A stretch of 64,000 nucleotides of DNA from Hellea sp. (GCA_023300105.1 JALZWM010000063.1:6101-70100), one strand, 5' to 3'; shown: positions 17,895 to 28,388, numbered from the stretch's first letter. Notes: a model not told the origin generated them from the letters alone. Translations and numbers: made by a program.

Positions 17895-18765
17895 AAATTT
17901 TACCTCGTACCAACTGATCATAGTCTGATGCTAAAGCATGACAGACTTCGCCGGGGGTATAATGTATTCCTTGAATTTCGCGCACGGGCGTGACTTCTGC
18001 GGCAGTGCCGACGACGAAACATTCGTGAAAATGCGCGAGTTCTGCTGGGTAAATGTCCCGCTTAAAGACTTTATAACCGCGCTTTTCTGCAAGTTTAACA
18101 ATTGTGTCATGGGTGATGCCATCAAGAAGTATATCATTTGTGGGCGTATGTAATTCATTGTCGCGGATAAGGAATATATGTGCGCCCGTACACTCGGCAA
18201 CGCGTCCTTTATAATCATACATAAGCGCGTCATCATAACCTTTGGCTTGGGCTGCATCTTTTGAGAGCGTGCAAATCATGTAAAGGCCTGCGCCTTTGGA
18301 TTTGCAAGGAATAGTATCAGGAGCAGGGCGCTTCCAATCTGCAATCGTAAGCCTAATACCCTTCATTTTATCTTCGAAATAGCTGCCCCAGTGCCAACAC
18401 GCGACGCCGAGGTGAATTCTATTTCCTTTAGACGCAACGCCCATCATGTCTGAACCGCGCCATGCAAAGGGCCGCATATAGGCATCACCAAGGCCAGACT
18501 TAGCGAGTGTTTCCTTACAGGCATCATTGATTTGTTCTGCTGTGTAAGGGATTTCGTAACCCATAAAATTTGCTGAATTTTTTAAGCGTTGGGTGTGATC
18601 TTCAAGCCTGAAAACTTGACCTTCATAGGCACGGTTACCCTCGAAAACTGAAGAGCCATAATGCAGTGAATGTGTTAAAACATGAACCTTTGACTCACGC
18701 CAATCGATAAACTCTCCGTCTATCCAAATTTGGCCGTCTCGGTCGTGATATGCTTTTTCGATCAT
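17887..18765 (-). CDS. ilvE: Branched-chain amino acid aminotransferase
   Basis: HSLHYGSSVFEG, AECTGAHIF, LDGIT, GTAAEVTP. Start moved to ATG 18765. Confidence 0.95.
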   Translation of the reverse strand: MIEKAYHDRDGQIWIDGEFIDWRESKVHVLTHSLHYGSSVFEGNRAYEGQVFRLEDHTQRLKNSANFMGYEIPYTAEQINDACKETLAKSGLGDAYMRPFAWRGSDMMGVASKGNRIHLGVACWHWGSYFEDKMKGIRLTIADWKRPAPDTIPCKSKGAGLYMICTLSKDAAQAKGYDDALMYDYKGRVAECTGAHIFLIRDNELHTPTNDILLDGITHDTIVKLAEKRGYKVFKRDIYPAELAHFHECFVVGTAAEVTPVREIQGIHYTPGEVCHALASDYDQLVRGKISI

Positions 18766-18859
18766 TATATTTGCCTGCTTGCAGTCATGTCTATTTCGCG
18801 TCATTGTTTACAGTGACGCTAGGAAGTCAATCGAAACTGCACGGAAGGTTTGCAATAAT

Positions 18860-19564
18860 TTGCCCCGCGACTCAGAAAATTTAGATAGGCAAGACATACA
18901 CTTATTAATCGTGGATGATGATGACCGAATTCGTGATTTATTAAAACGCTATCTTGCGCAGTCAGGATTCCGCGTTTCATGTGCTTCCGATGCTCAAAAC
19001 GCGAGAGATAAAATGCAGGGGCTCTCATTCGACATGCTCATTCTGGATGTCATGATGCCTGGTGAGGATGGCGTGAGCCTTACGCAGTCTCTAAGAGAAC
19101 ATAATGATGTCCCTGTTATTCTCTTAACCGCTAAGGGGGAGGTTGAGGATAGGATAGAGGGCTTAAAAGCTGGCGCGGATGATTATCTCGTGAAGCCATT
19201 TGATCCAGAAGAGTTAGTTCTAAGGATCGAGTCGATATTCAAACGTGCAGGTACAAAAAGGGTGAACCTTAACGTTAGCTTTGGCCCTTATGTATTTGAT
19301 ATAGGGCGTCAAGTTTTAACCAAAGACGGTGATCGTATGCGTTTGACAACTGGCGAAGAGGACTTGCTTACCTTATTGGCAAGGCGCGCAGGTGGAACAG
19401 TCAGCCGCTATGCGCTTTCGGAAAAAATTGCGGCTAAGTCAGAGCGGGCGGTTGATGTTCAAATGACGCGGCTTCGCCGAAAAATTGAAGATAACCCTGC
19501 TGAGCCTGATTATTTGATTACAGTGCGTGGGCAAGGGTACCGCCTTTTGGGTGATTCAGTTTAA
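18860..19564 (+). CDS. OmpR family response regulator
   Basis: LLIVDDD, LDVMMPGEDG, GADDYLVKP, winged helix ERAVDVQMTRLRRKIE. The TTG start at 18860 is inferred from a GGAAGG RBS. Confidence 0.93.
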   Translation: MPRDSENLDRQDIHLLIVDDDDRIRDLLKRYLAQSGFRVSCASDAQNARDKMQGLSFDMLILDVMMPGEDGVSLTQSLREHNDVPVILLTAKGEVEDRIEGLKAGADDYLVKPFDPEELVLRIESIFKRAGTKRVNLNVSFGPYVFDIGRQVLTKDGDRMRLTTGEEDLLTLLARRAGGTVSRYALSEKIAAKSERAVDVQMTRLRRKIEDNPAEPDYLITVRGQGYRLLGDSV

Positions 19565-20868
19565 TGCCTTTAAAAAGGTACCTTCCAAAAAGTCTCTTTG
19601 GGCGTGCATTACTTATAATCATGCTGCCGATTGCTATTATGCAAATGGCCGTTGCATATTTCTTTTTCAATGCGCATTGGAATGAAGTTACTGCGAATTT
19701 ATCAGACTCGGTTGCTGCTGATGTCTCTGTTGCGGTTCAGCTATACAAACAAGACCCAACGCATGACAGGACAAGACGTTTAGATAATATGTTGCGCCCT
19801 AATATGGAGCTCTCTGTTGCCTTGGTTGCTGCTGATAGCTTGCCGCTTACGAGCCGTGATGCATTTTTCTCAAACTTGGATAAAACGTTACGCCGCGCTC
19901 TTGCTAATAGCTTAACTGACGAATTTTGGTTCGATACAACGCGTTACCCTAATCATATAGATATTCGCGTCTCTGTTGATGAAGGCGTGCTTAGGTTCAT
20001 TGCGGCCCGTGACCGTGTTTTCGCACCGACAGGATTTGTTTTTATATTTTGGTTGGTGACGGCAACACTTCTTTTATCAATGGTCAGTATTTTGTTTATC
20101 CGCAATCAAGCTAAGCCAATATCTGAATTAGCCGCCGCCGCAGACGCCTTTGGTAAAGGACATGATATATCACCCTTTAAGCCATCTGGCGCTTCTGAAG
20201 TGCGTTTGGCGGGACAGTCATTTCTAAAAATGCGGGGGCGTCTCAAGCGGCATTTAGAACAGAGAACAATAATGCTCGCGGGTGTGTCACATGATTTGCG
20301 AACCCCGCTGACACGGCTAAAACTTCACCTTGCTATGCAAACACCATCCAAAGACAATGAAGCTGCGAAGCAGGACTTGGTGGAAATGGAAACAATGTTG
20401 AAAGGCTACTTAGATTTTGCGCGAGGGCTATCGGGAGAAGACACCGTTGCAGTCAACGCTAAATCTTATATGCAAGACCTTCTGTCCCGTATGAACATAA
20501 GCGCCACCACATTGATCTGTGACGTTGATTTTAAGATAGCCCTAAAGCCCCAATCCTTTGAACGAGCCCTTCAAAACCTTTTATCTAATGCGCTGAAATA
20601 TGGCACGCATTGCCGAGTGACACTTCAAAGAGATGAGGATGTTGCCTATTTTATAATAGAGGATGATGGGCCAGGAATTCCCGAAGACCGTAGGGAGGAA
20701 GCTATGAAAGCTTTTCAGCGTTTAGATACAGCTCGTAATCAAAATATTGAAGGGGTTGGCCTTGGCCTCTCAATAGTGAAAGACATTACGCAAATACACG
20801 GCGGAACATTGCGTTTGGATGTAAGTGAAATGGGTGGATTAAAGGCTATTATTTGCCTTCCAAATTAA
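19564..20868 (+). CDS. EnvZ-like sensor histidine kinase
   Basis: Two TM segments, HAMP domain, GVSHDLRTPL H-box, NALKY, DDGPGI, GVGLGL. Confidence 0.93.
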   Translation: MPLKRYLPKSLFGRALLIIMLPIAIMQMAVAYFFFNAHWNEVTANLSDSVAADVSVAVQLYKQDPTHDRTRRLDNMLRPNMELSVALVAADSLPLTSRDAFFSNLDKTLRRALANSLTDEFWFDTTRYPNHIDIRVSVDEGVLRFIAARDRVFAPTGFVFIFWLVTATLLLSMVSILFIRNQAKPISELAAAADAFGKGHDISPFKPSGASEVRLAGQSFLKMRGRLKRHLEQRTIMLAGVSHDLRTPLTRLKLHLAMQTPSKDNEAAKQDLVEMETMLKGYLDFARGLSGEDTVAVNAKSYMQDLLSRMNISATTLICDVDFKIALKPQSFERALQNLLSNALKYGTHCRVTLQRDEDVAYFIIEDDGPGIPEDRREEAMKAFQRLDTARNQNIEGVGLGLSIVKDITQIHGGTLRLDVSEMGGLKAIICLPN

Positions 20869-20891
20869 ATCTGAATAAGCAATATTTTGTT

Positions 20892-21707
20892 TTACTGTTC
20901 TGATAATTCTTTTGCGCGTTTCAAAGCAGCCTGAGCACTCTCCCGCATTAGCTTTGGCAATCCATTGATATCCATAAGCACGTCGAGCGCTGCGGCGGTG
21001 GTACCATTTGGAGATGTCACATTTTGACGAAGTTCATTGGCTGGTGTATTCGTTTCTGCAAGGAGGCCTGCTGCGCCTATTAATGTCTGTCTTGCAAATG
21101 TCGGGGCTAACTCAGCTGGTAACCCAATATGTAAAGCTGCGGCTTCTAGAGCCTCTACCATATGGAAAATATAGGCGGGACCAGATCCTGAAACAGCGGT
21201 TACAACATCAATCAAATGTTCATTGGCAACATGGTGCACGTCGCCGACAGCCGCCAAAAGAGAGTTTGCCATTTTTTCCTGGTCATCATTAACGCCAAAA
21301 CCTTTTGTATAAGCCGTAATGCCTTTGCCTATAGATGCAGGCGTATTGGGCATCGCGCGGATGATAGACCGTTCAGGAAAGGATGTTTGCAAACTACCAA
21401 GGGACGTTCCTGCCATGATTGAAATAACAGTCGCATCTTTATTCAAGTGCTTTTCTATATTCTCCGACAGACTAGCGAATGATTGTGGCTTTACCGCGAG
21501 GAGCATGTAGTCGACAGATGATATTTTTTTTGAGGCTTTTTTAATATGCATCGCGCCCAACTTTATGGCCTCCAAAGCATCTTGTCCTGGTGTTGGGTCG
21601 AGAATAATCAGGTTTTCTGCTTTGAGAACCTTGGTCCTAAGCCAGCCAGAAATCAACGCGCCGCCCATTTTTCCTGCGCCAACAATTAGGTGAGTGTGTT
21701 TGGTCAT
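20892..21707 (-). CDS. proC: Pyrroline-5-carboxylate reductase
   Basis: GAGKMG, LAVKPQ, RAMPNTP, TAVSGSGPAY, VTSPNGTT. Confidence 0.97.
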   Translation of the reverse strand: MTKHTHLIVGAGKMGGALISGWLRTKVLKAENLIILDPTPGQDALEAIKLGAMHIKKASKKISSVDYMLLAVKPQSFASLSENIEKHLNKDATVISIMAGTSLGSLQTSFPERSIIRAMPNTPASIGKGITAYTKGFGVNDDQEKMANSLLAAVGDVHHVANEHLIDVVTAVSGSGPAYIFHMVEALEAAALHIGLPAELAPTFARQTLIGAAGLLAETNTPANELRQNVTSPNGTTAAALDVLMDINGLPKLMRESAQAALKRAKELSEQ

Positions 21708-21710
21708 AAG

Positions 21711-22244
21711 CTAAGGGTTTGCAGCAATATCTACGAGAGCAGATGTTAGGGCGTCTTCTGGCGATTTTCCCGCCCAGATAACATACTGACTTGCGGGGTA
21801 ACCGCGCTCTGCTGCGTCTAGGGCGAGGGCTAACATATCCATGGCTTGTTCTGTGCGGAGTGTCGCGCCACCTCGTAAGGAGACTGAATTTCTATAAACG
21901 AGTGCTTGGTTTTTGTCCCAATAATCAAAATGCCCTGCTGACAAACGTTCGTTGATTAACGACATAAGACGGCAAATGTCATTAGAACGGCCACCTGGAG
22001 TTTTACCTTCAAAAATGAGAAAGAGTTGAATTTGTTCCGTTCCGAGGTTCCAAGTGATCGAGACGTCATGGTCACACCAGAGACCGGGCAAAGAGATATG
22101 TAGCTCATTTAAATCAACCCGTTCACAATCGTAATTTTCAGCTGTAGCTAAGCGTGTGAATACATCGATAGGATTATTACGCACAGAGGTCGAACCCTTC
22201 AAAGTCGGGTTGGGTCTTATGCATCTATCGTCTGCAAAACTCAT
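21711..22244 (-). CDS. YbjN-domain (putative sensory transduction regulator) protein
   Basis: NPID...L.LINERL..GHFDYW...YR.SL...E..YPA.Q.VIW.GKSPEDAL; usually found next to proC. Confidence 0.8.
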   Translation of the reverse strand: MSFADDRCIRPNPTLKGSTSVRNNPIDVFTRLATAENYDCERVDLNELHISLPGLWCDHDVSITWNLGTEQIQLFLIFEGKTPGGRSNDICRLMSLINERLSAGHFDYWDKNQALVYRNSVSLRGGATLRTEQAMDMLALALDAAERGYPASQYVIWAGKSPEDALTSALVDIAANP

Positions 22245-22367
22245 TATATGCGTCCACCAAGTTGAATCACTTATGCGATTCTTATTATATGTAAACGCTA
22301 CCCCGATTGTCTAAATATACAAGATATAGTAATATTCGATTTGTTGATAACTAGATTTAGTTGTGAG

Positions 22368-23423
22368 TTATTTCCAGCCTGCCTGTAGGGCCTTGAGCGC
22401 TTTGGGCCCGGGATTAAGTTCTGTATAGGGAACTTGATTAAGAGGGCGGGCTTCTAGGTTGTTTTGTGTGGCCATATCTTCTTTGGTATCATCTATATAA
22501 AGCAAACCCGTAAGAATTTCATTAGACGCTTTGCTTTCCATGATTTTTGAAAAGGCTGAAGCTTGGCTTGTTGGATCATAGTTCGGGTCTAGTTTTTTGA
22601 GGAGAATTTTCCCGCCATCATGTAATTCGACAGACATGGTTTCACCTTCATCATAGCTCGTCATGATTTCATCGGTTGGAGGAATATAATCTGCGTGAAC
22701 CGCTTTGTGATAATATTTATAGGTATGGGCATAGGACTTTGTACTGCCCTTATGATCATTAAAGCTCACGCATGGCGATATGACATCAATAATGGCGAAG
22801 CCTTTGTGCTTTAAGCCTGCTTTTATGAGTGGGACGAGTTGCTTACGGTCGCCTGAAAAACTACGCGCGACGAATGTGGCTCCTGCGGCGAGCGCCATAA
22901 TGCAAGGATCAAGGGGAGGCTGTTCATTCACAGTGCCTTTTTTAGCAATAGAACCAATGTCAGCAGAGGCAGAAAACTGTCCTTTGGTAAGGCCGTAAAC
23001 GCCATTGTTTTCGAGAACATATACCATATTCGCATTACGTCGCATCGCATGGATCATCTGCCCGATACCTATCGAAAGACTGTCACCATCCCCCGATACG
23101 CCAATATAAGTCAGTGCTGCATTCGCCGCCATTGCGCCCGTAGCAAATGAAGGCATACGGCCATGGACGGTATTCGCGCCGTGCGCCTCTTTGAGAAAAT
23201 AAGCCGTTGTTTTAGATGAACAGCCAATGCCTGATACTTTAACGGCTTTATGGGGTTCAATCGCAAGCTCATAAAAGGCCGTGGCCATAGCAGCGGTAAC
23301 GCTGTCATGTCCGCATCCCGCACAAAGGGTAGACATAGCGCCGTCATAGTCTTGTCTTTTTAAACCAAGTGAATTGACCGGAGCATTTTTGCGGTCAATG
23401 CGCGGTTTTACGAAGGAGGTCAT
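22368..23423 (-). CDS. korB: 2-oxoacid:ferredoxin oxidoreductase beta subunit
   Basis: LCAGCGHD, GIGCSSK, VHGRMP, TPP motif GDGDSLSIG...NNGVYGLTKGQ. Confidence 0.9.
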   Translation of the reverse strand: MTSFVKPRIDRKNAPVNSLGLKRQDYDGAMSTLCAGCGHDSVTAAMATAFYELAIEPHKAVKVSGIGCSSKTTAYFLKEAHGANTVHGRMPSFATGAMAANAALTYIGVSGDGDSLSIGIGQMIHAMRRNANMVYVLENNGVYGLTKGQFSASADIGSIAKKGTVNEQPPLDPCIMALAAGATFVARSFSGDRKQLVPLIKAGLKHKGFAIIDVISPCVSFNDHKGSTKSYAHTYKYYHKAVHADYIPPTDEIMTSYDEGETMSVELHDGGKILLKKLDPNYDPTSQASAFSKIMESKASNEILTGLLYIDDTKEDMATQNNLEARPLNQVPYTELNPGPKALKALQAGWK

Positions 23424-25264
23424 GCTGATTTCCTTTGGGAGGATAGAACGGCAATTTCATCAGTCAGAGCCTTATGAACGAAGCGGTAACCTAAGGGTTG
23501 ACCCGCGTAGTATTTTATAGAGGTTAGGCTCGCTTTTGTTGCCGCCGTTTCGGCAACTAATAAATTCATAAGCTGCGCATCTCTGTTTTGCTCAATGACA
23601 AAAACTTGCTCATGTGAAGCGATGAAGTCTTCAACAGATTGTGGAAACGGGAAAGCGCGAATACGCATGTAATCTAAATGTGTGCCCTCAGAGGCTAACT
23701 TGTCACAAGCTTCCTTGATTGCGCCGTCACTACTGCCAATTGCAATGACGCCGTAAGCCGCTTTTTGTTTGGCTTTAATAACAATAGGCTGCGGAACATA
23801 ATCGGCAGCGCTTTTCCATTTCAGGATGAGGCGGTCGACGACTTCTTGATATTCTGCACTGACTTCCGTGTATTTACCGTGCTTGTTATGGCCTGATCCT
23901 CTCAGGAAATAAGCTCCTTTAGGGTCAGTTCCGGGCAGTGTGCGTTCGGGTATGTAGTCGCCTTGGGGGCAGATGTAACGTTCAAACTTTTCTATATCTT
24001 TTAGCGCATCTGGGCCTAATATTTTACCGCGGTCTGGCACGTAATTCTCGTCCCACGTCAATTCATCTATCATCCAATCATTCATGCCTATGTCTAAATC
24101 CGATAAGAAAAAGACAGGGGTTTGGAAGCGTTCAGCAAGATCAAAAGCTTGGGCCGACATCGTAAAGCATTCCCCAGGATCAGCGGGGTAGACAACGATG
24201 TGTTTCGTATCACCGTGACTGGCGTAAGCTGTCAGGTTTATGTCGCATTGTTGTGTGCGCGTTGGCATGCCTGTTGAGGGGCCTACGCGCTGTATATCGA
24301 AATAGACGAGCCCAACTTCGGCATAATAGGCAAAGCCAATAAACTCGCTCATGAGGGATATGCCCGCGCCAGAGGTTGGCGTGAAGGCGCGCGCGCCGTT
24401 CCACGCAGCACCCATGGCCATGCCTGCCGCTGAGAGTTCATCCTCAGCTTGTATGATGCAGTAAAGGTTTTCACCTGTTTCCGGGTGCACTCGTAACTGC
24501 GCGCAATAATTAGCAAAGCCGTCCATAAGGGATGTTGAGGGCGTTATTGGATACCAAGAGCCAAAGGTCGCGCCTGCATAAACACAGCCCAATCCAGCGG
24601 CCGTATTGCCGTCGACCATGATTTTGCCTTTGGTTTTATCCAAAGCTTTGACTTTGAATGAAAGCGGGGTTTCGAAATTGTCTTTCACATAGTCAAAGCC
24701 AAGAGCGACGGCTTGCCTATTGGCGGGAATAAGTTTTTGTTTTTTGACAAACATTTCATCGACCAAGGTATGAATGACGTCGATATCAAGGTCTAAAAGG
24801 GCTGCGCAGGCGCCCACATACGCCATATTTTTCATGAGGATGCGTGAACGGGCAACTTCAAAGGCGTCGTTACACATCAGTGATAAAGGCACGCCAATAA
24901 CAGTGATGTCGGAGCGGCTCATGAAATGTGGCCTTGGCCACGTACTATCGTAAATCAGAACACCGCCCGGGCTAAGTTCTGCAAGGTCACGTTCATAGCT
25001 TTCAGGGTTCATAGCGACCATGAGATGAACATCCCCAGACCGCCCTGCATAGCCGTCACCTGTGACGCGAATTTCATACCATGTTGGGAGGCCTTGGATG
25101 TTTGACGGAAAGATATTTTTTCCAACAACAGGCACGCCCATACGAAAGATTGTTTTCATTAAAAGCTCATTCGCCGAAGCTGAGCCTGTGCCGTTGACGG
25201 TACCTATTTTGATAACAAAATCATTGACGCCAGCCGAGGTTTCCGAAGATATTACGCCGCTCAT
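23420..25264 (-). CDS. korA: 2-oxoacid:acceptor oxidoreductase alpha (gamma-alpha fusion) subunit
   Basis: NGTGSASA, YPITPS, QAEDELSA, TSGAGISLM, QRVGPSTGMPT. Start at 25264 gives an ATGA overlap with the upstream stop. Confidence 0.9.
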   Translation of the reverse strand: MSGVISSETSAGVNDFVIKIGTVNGTGSASANELLMKTIFRMGVPVVGKNIFPSNIQGLPTWYEIRVTGDGYAGRSGDVHLMVAMNPESYERDLAELSPGGVLIYDSTWPRPHFMSRSDITVIGVPLSLMCNDAFEVARSRILMKNMAYVGACAALLDLDIDVIHTLVDEMFVKKQKLIPANRQAVALGFDYVKDNFETPLSFKVKALDKTKGKIMVDGNTAAGLGCVYAGATFGSWYPITPSTSLMDGFANYCAQLRVHPETGENLYCIIQAEDELSAAGMAMGAAWNGARAFTPTSGAGISLMSEFIGFAYYAEVGLVYFDIQRVGPSTGMPTRTQQCDINLTAYASHGDTKHIVVYPADPGECFTMSAQAFDLAERFQTPVFFLSDLDIGMNDWMIDELTWDENYVPDRGKILGPDALKDIEKFERYICPQGDYIPERTLPGTDPKGAYFLRGSGHNKHGKYTEVSAEYQEVVDRLILKWKSAADYVPQPIVIKAKQKAAYGVIAIGSSDGAIKEACDKLASEGTHLDYMRIRAFPFPQSVEDFIASHEQVFVIEQNRDAQLMNLLVAETAATKASLTSIKYYAGQPLGYRFVHKALTDEIAVLSSQRKSA

Positions 25265-27069
25265 TCTGCTGCCTCCGCATAATCTTGGTCTTGGGCGTGA
25301 GGAATAGTCACAATACCTTCCGCCATATCCCATGCCGCCGTTGGACAGCGCTCTGCACATAATCCGCAATGCACACAGATGTTTTCATCTTTTATCATCA
25401 CGCGCCCTGTAAGCGGGAGGTCCATTGAGACATAGAGCGCTTGACCTTCTGGCGCCTCGCCAGACGGCAGGGCGGCGCGTAAGGCGTCTTCACTCTCTGC
25501 ATTTGGGGTGATAGTAAGGCATTCTACCGGGCAAATGTCTACACAGGCATCGCATTCTGTACATTTGGGCGCGTCGAATACGGTTTGAATATCGCAATTT
25601 AGACAGCGCTGAACTTCGGTTGCGATTTGTTCTGCTGAGAACCCAAGTTCAACTTCTGTGTCGAGCTTTTTAAATCGATCAACAAGGTCGATATGTTCCA
25701 TTTTGCGGCGTTCAGACCCGTCATAGGCATTAGAATAACGCCATTCAAACATACCCATTTTTGTACTTTTAAGCTCGACTTCATCTGGTTTACGGTTTGT
25801 AAGCTCAACGCCTTGGCAGTGATTGCGAATTGATATTGCAGCTTGGTGTCCATGCTCGACAGCCCAAATGATATTCTTTGGCCCAAAAGCTGAATCGCCG
25901 CCAAAAAAGACACCAGATTTAGTGGATTCAAACGTCACTTTATCGACAATAGGAACACTCCATTTATCAAACTCAATACCTGCATCTTTTTCAATCCATG
26001 GAAAGGCGTTCTCTTGCCCAATAGCGAGAATAACATCTGTGCAGGGCAGCGTTGTTTCGCCCGTAATACGTTGATCTGTGATGCGGCCCGTCTCATCGAT
26101 GTCATATTCCATGATATCGAATGACATGCCGACTAGCTTACCCTTTTCGGTGATGAAAGCTTTAGGGGAATGATTAACGAGAATATCGACATTCTCTTCT
26201 TCAGCATCTTCTAACTCCCAGACAGAGGCTTTGAAAAATTCACGAGGCTTGCGAGCCATGACTTTTACGCTACCAGCGCCGAGACGCAGAGATGTGCGGC
26301 AGCAATCCATAGCTGTATTGCCAACGCCGATGATTAAGACCTCTTTGCCAATTTTATCCGCATGTTCGAAAGCAACTGACTCGAGCCAATCAATTCCAAT
26401 ATGTATACCCTCCTTGGCGTCCCAACGTCCGGGCAGGTCAAGGTTCTTACCTTTTGGCGCGCCTGTGCCAACAAATACGGCGTCATATCCTTCATTTAAA
26501 AGTGAGGACATGCTCTCTACAGGACTATTTAGTTTTAACTCGACGCCCATATCTAAAATATAGCCAAGTTCTTCCATCAAAACGTCTTCGGGCAGACGGA
26601 ACGCAGGAATATTTGAGCGCATCAAACCGCCCGGCTTTGAAAGTTTTTCAAAAATCGTGCACTCATATCCTAATGGGGCAAGGTCATTGGCAACCGTAAA
26701 AGAAGCGGGGCCAGCGCCAATTAAGGCAATGCGCTTGCCATTTGTTTTTTTAGGCTTTTTCGGCAGGCGGTCTTTGATGTCATCTTTGTGGTCAGCAGCA
26801 ACGCGTTTTAAGCGGCAAATCGCGACAGCTTTTTCTTCGACGCGTGTGCGGCGACAGGCAGGTTCACATGGGCGGTCACATACGCGGCCTAAAATTCCAG
26901 GAAACACATTTGAAGCGCGGTTTACAAGATAGGCTTCAGTATATTCTCCATTTGCAATATGTCGAATATATGCTGGCACAGGCGTATGAGCAGGACATGC
27001 CCATTGGCAGTCGACAACTTTGTGAAAATAATCCGGATTAGTGACGTCCGTTGGTGTTACCTTGCCCAT
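25261..27069 (-). CDS. GltD-like FAD/NAD(P) oxidoreductase with extra ferredoxin domain (KorC-like)
   Basis: CQWACP, GRVCDRPCEPACRR, IGAGPAS, IGVGNTAMDC, C-terminal CTECDACVDICP and CVHCGLCAERCP. Confidence 0.85.
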   Translation of the reverse strand: MGKVTPTDVTNPDYFHKVVDCQWACPAHTPVPAYIRHIANGEYTEAYLVNRASNVFPGILGRVCDRPCEPACRRTRVEEKAVAICRLKRVAADHKDDIKDRLPKKPKKTNGKRIALIGAGPASFTVANDLAPLGYECTIFEKLSKPGGLMRSNIPAFRLPEDVLMEELGYILDMGVELKLNSPVESMSSLLNEGYDAVFVGTGAPKGKNLDLPGRWDAKEGIHIGIDWLESVAFEHADKIGKEVLIIGVGNTAMDCCRTSLRLGAGSVKVMARKPREFFKASVWELEDAEEENVDILVNHSPKAFITEKGKLVGMSFDIMEYDIDETGRITDQRITGETTLPCTDVILAIGQENAFPWIEKDAGIEFDKWSVPIVDKVTFESTKSGVFFGGDSAFGPKNIIWAVEHGHQAAISIRNHCQGVELTNRKPDEVELKSTKMGMFEWRYSNAYDGSERRKMEHIDLVDRFKKLDTEVELGFSAEQIATEVQRCLNCDIQTVFDAPKCTECDACVDICPVECLTITPNAESEDALRAALPSGEAPEGQALYVSMDLPLTGRVMIKDENICVHCGLCAERCPTAAWDMAEGIVTIPHAQDQDYAEAAE

Positions 27070-27152
27070 AACATTCCCCTATTTAGGTATTAGCCTAATC
27101 ACGGTTTTTGGAACAAACAAGTTGATTCGGGAGGGATTAGGGGTGATTTTAC

Positions 27153-28388
27153 CTAAAAGCTCGGCCTAGCATACAATTGTACGACTTGAGGACCTTCAAT
27201 TGCGCGTATTTCGCCACTATCGTAAAAAATATTACCACGGTTGTCGACAATTTCTAATGTAAGAATCGGGGCGGGAATAAACGGATCAAAATTTGTACTG
27301 GCGGTGGTGAGTGAAAAAGGAACACGCCTGTCCTGTAAATTCACTCTAATAGTTTGGGATGAGAGTCCTAAGTTCTCTCCGAAGGCGCCAACGGCTTTTT
27401 TGAGTGAAATTTTTAATTTAGCGTCGTCAGGCATGCCATTGCTTGGATCGAACATAGCTTCGCCGTGAACACTTGTTTGCGCCATCAATTCGGGGTTCAT
27501 ACGCCGCCCCGCAGCCGTATTTTTTCCTTGAGTTAGAGCATCTAACATAAGTCTATATTCTGTATCTGCTCCGTTATAGGGAACAGGTTTACGAATAATA
27601 TGTGTTTTGCGGCCTGCCCAATCTGTCACCCAAGCTTTTAGAAATAAAGGTGTGAGCGGCGCGCTTGTTATCAAAGCTCTGTCTAAAGTGAAAGGATAAG
27701 AGGTTTCTACTTGGCTTATCTGCATTACTTTTTCCGCTGCAATAGTTATAGAATTACTGCCCGCTAAAGCATTTTCCACGAGCTGAACTGTTAGACGTCC
27801 GTCTTTAGGCTTATGTCTTTTACTATGAAAAACTACCTCGCCATTTATCTGCTCCAACCCCGTTATTTGTGACGTATCCTGAACTTTTACGTCTGGCGTT
27901 GTCGGTAACAAAGTGAGCATTGGTGTTTGTTTGCCGCGGTATAGGCTTTCGCGTTCACTTAACATAACACGGTTATTATTCGTATCGCGGACCTCTGCTT
28001 TAATGCGAATGAAAGGGAATTTTTTTATCAATGCATTTGGAACCGTTACGCCTAGTTTTAAGGGGGAGCTTAGGCCGTCGAGCATAAGCCGTGTTTGTCC
28101 TAAGAGTTGAGCTTGCTTAGAGTGTCCAGAAGGGTCATTGGGAGCATAGGCTGAAAGCGTAATCATGTGTTCATCTAAAGGGATTGGAACATCATAGTGA
28201 ATGGTGACGGAAATGGTCTCTACGTTTGTTTCTGCGTAGATAGGTGTTTGGTTTGATGTTTGAGATGTGCCTTTGATGTTTTTGATGATATCGCCTAAAT
28301 CACCGAATTGCGCATGAGCGGGTGTGTTAAGACTAGCCGTAAATATTATGATTATCATGAGCCAAAAATGACGCATTAAGGCCTCCAA
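27153..28388 (-). CDS. Exported protein with about three tandem YbaY/YscW-like domains
   Basis: Signal peptide (AHA-Q), then three ~110-aa units of the type G.v.......lp.da.l.v.l......sqti......pF.l. Confidence 0.6.
   Translation of the reverse strand: MEALMRHFWLMIIIIFTASLNTPAHAQFGDLGDIIKNIKGTSQTSNQTPIYAETNVETISVTIHYDVPIPLDEHMITLSAYAPNDPSGHSKQAQLLGQTRLMLDGLSSPLKLGVTVPNALIKKFPFIRIKAEVRDTNNNRVMLSERESLYRGKQTPMLTLLPTTPDVKVQDTSQITGLEQINGEVVFHSKRHKPKDGRLTVQLVENALAGSNSITIAAEKVMQISQVETSYPFTLDRALITSAPLTPLFLKAWVTDWAGRKTHIIRKPVPYNGADTEYRLMLDALTQGKNTAAGRRMNPELMAQTSVHGEAMFDPSNGMPDDAKLKISLKKAVGAFGENLGLSSQTIRVNLQDRRVPFSLTTASTNFDPFIPAPILTLEIVDNRGNIFYDSGEIRAIEGPQVVQLYARPSF

Noticed and set aside
25265-25369. 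Extended korA N-terminus from the ORF track
   Set aside because: It overlaps the upstream gene; the ATG at 25264 gives a clean ATGA coupling.
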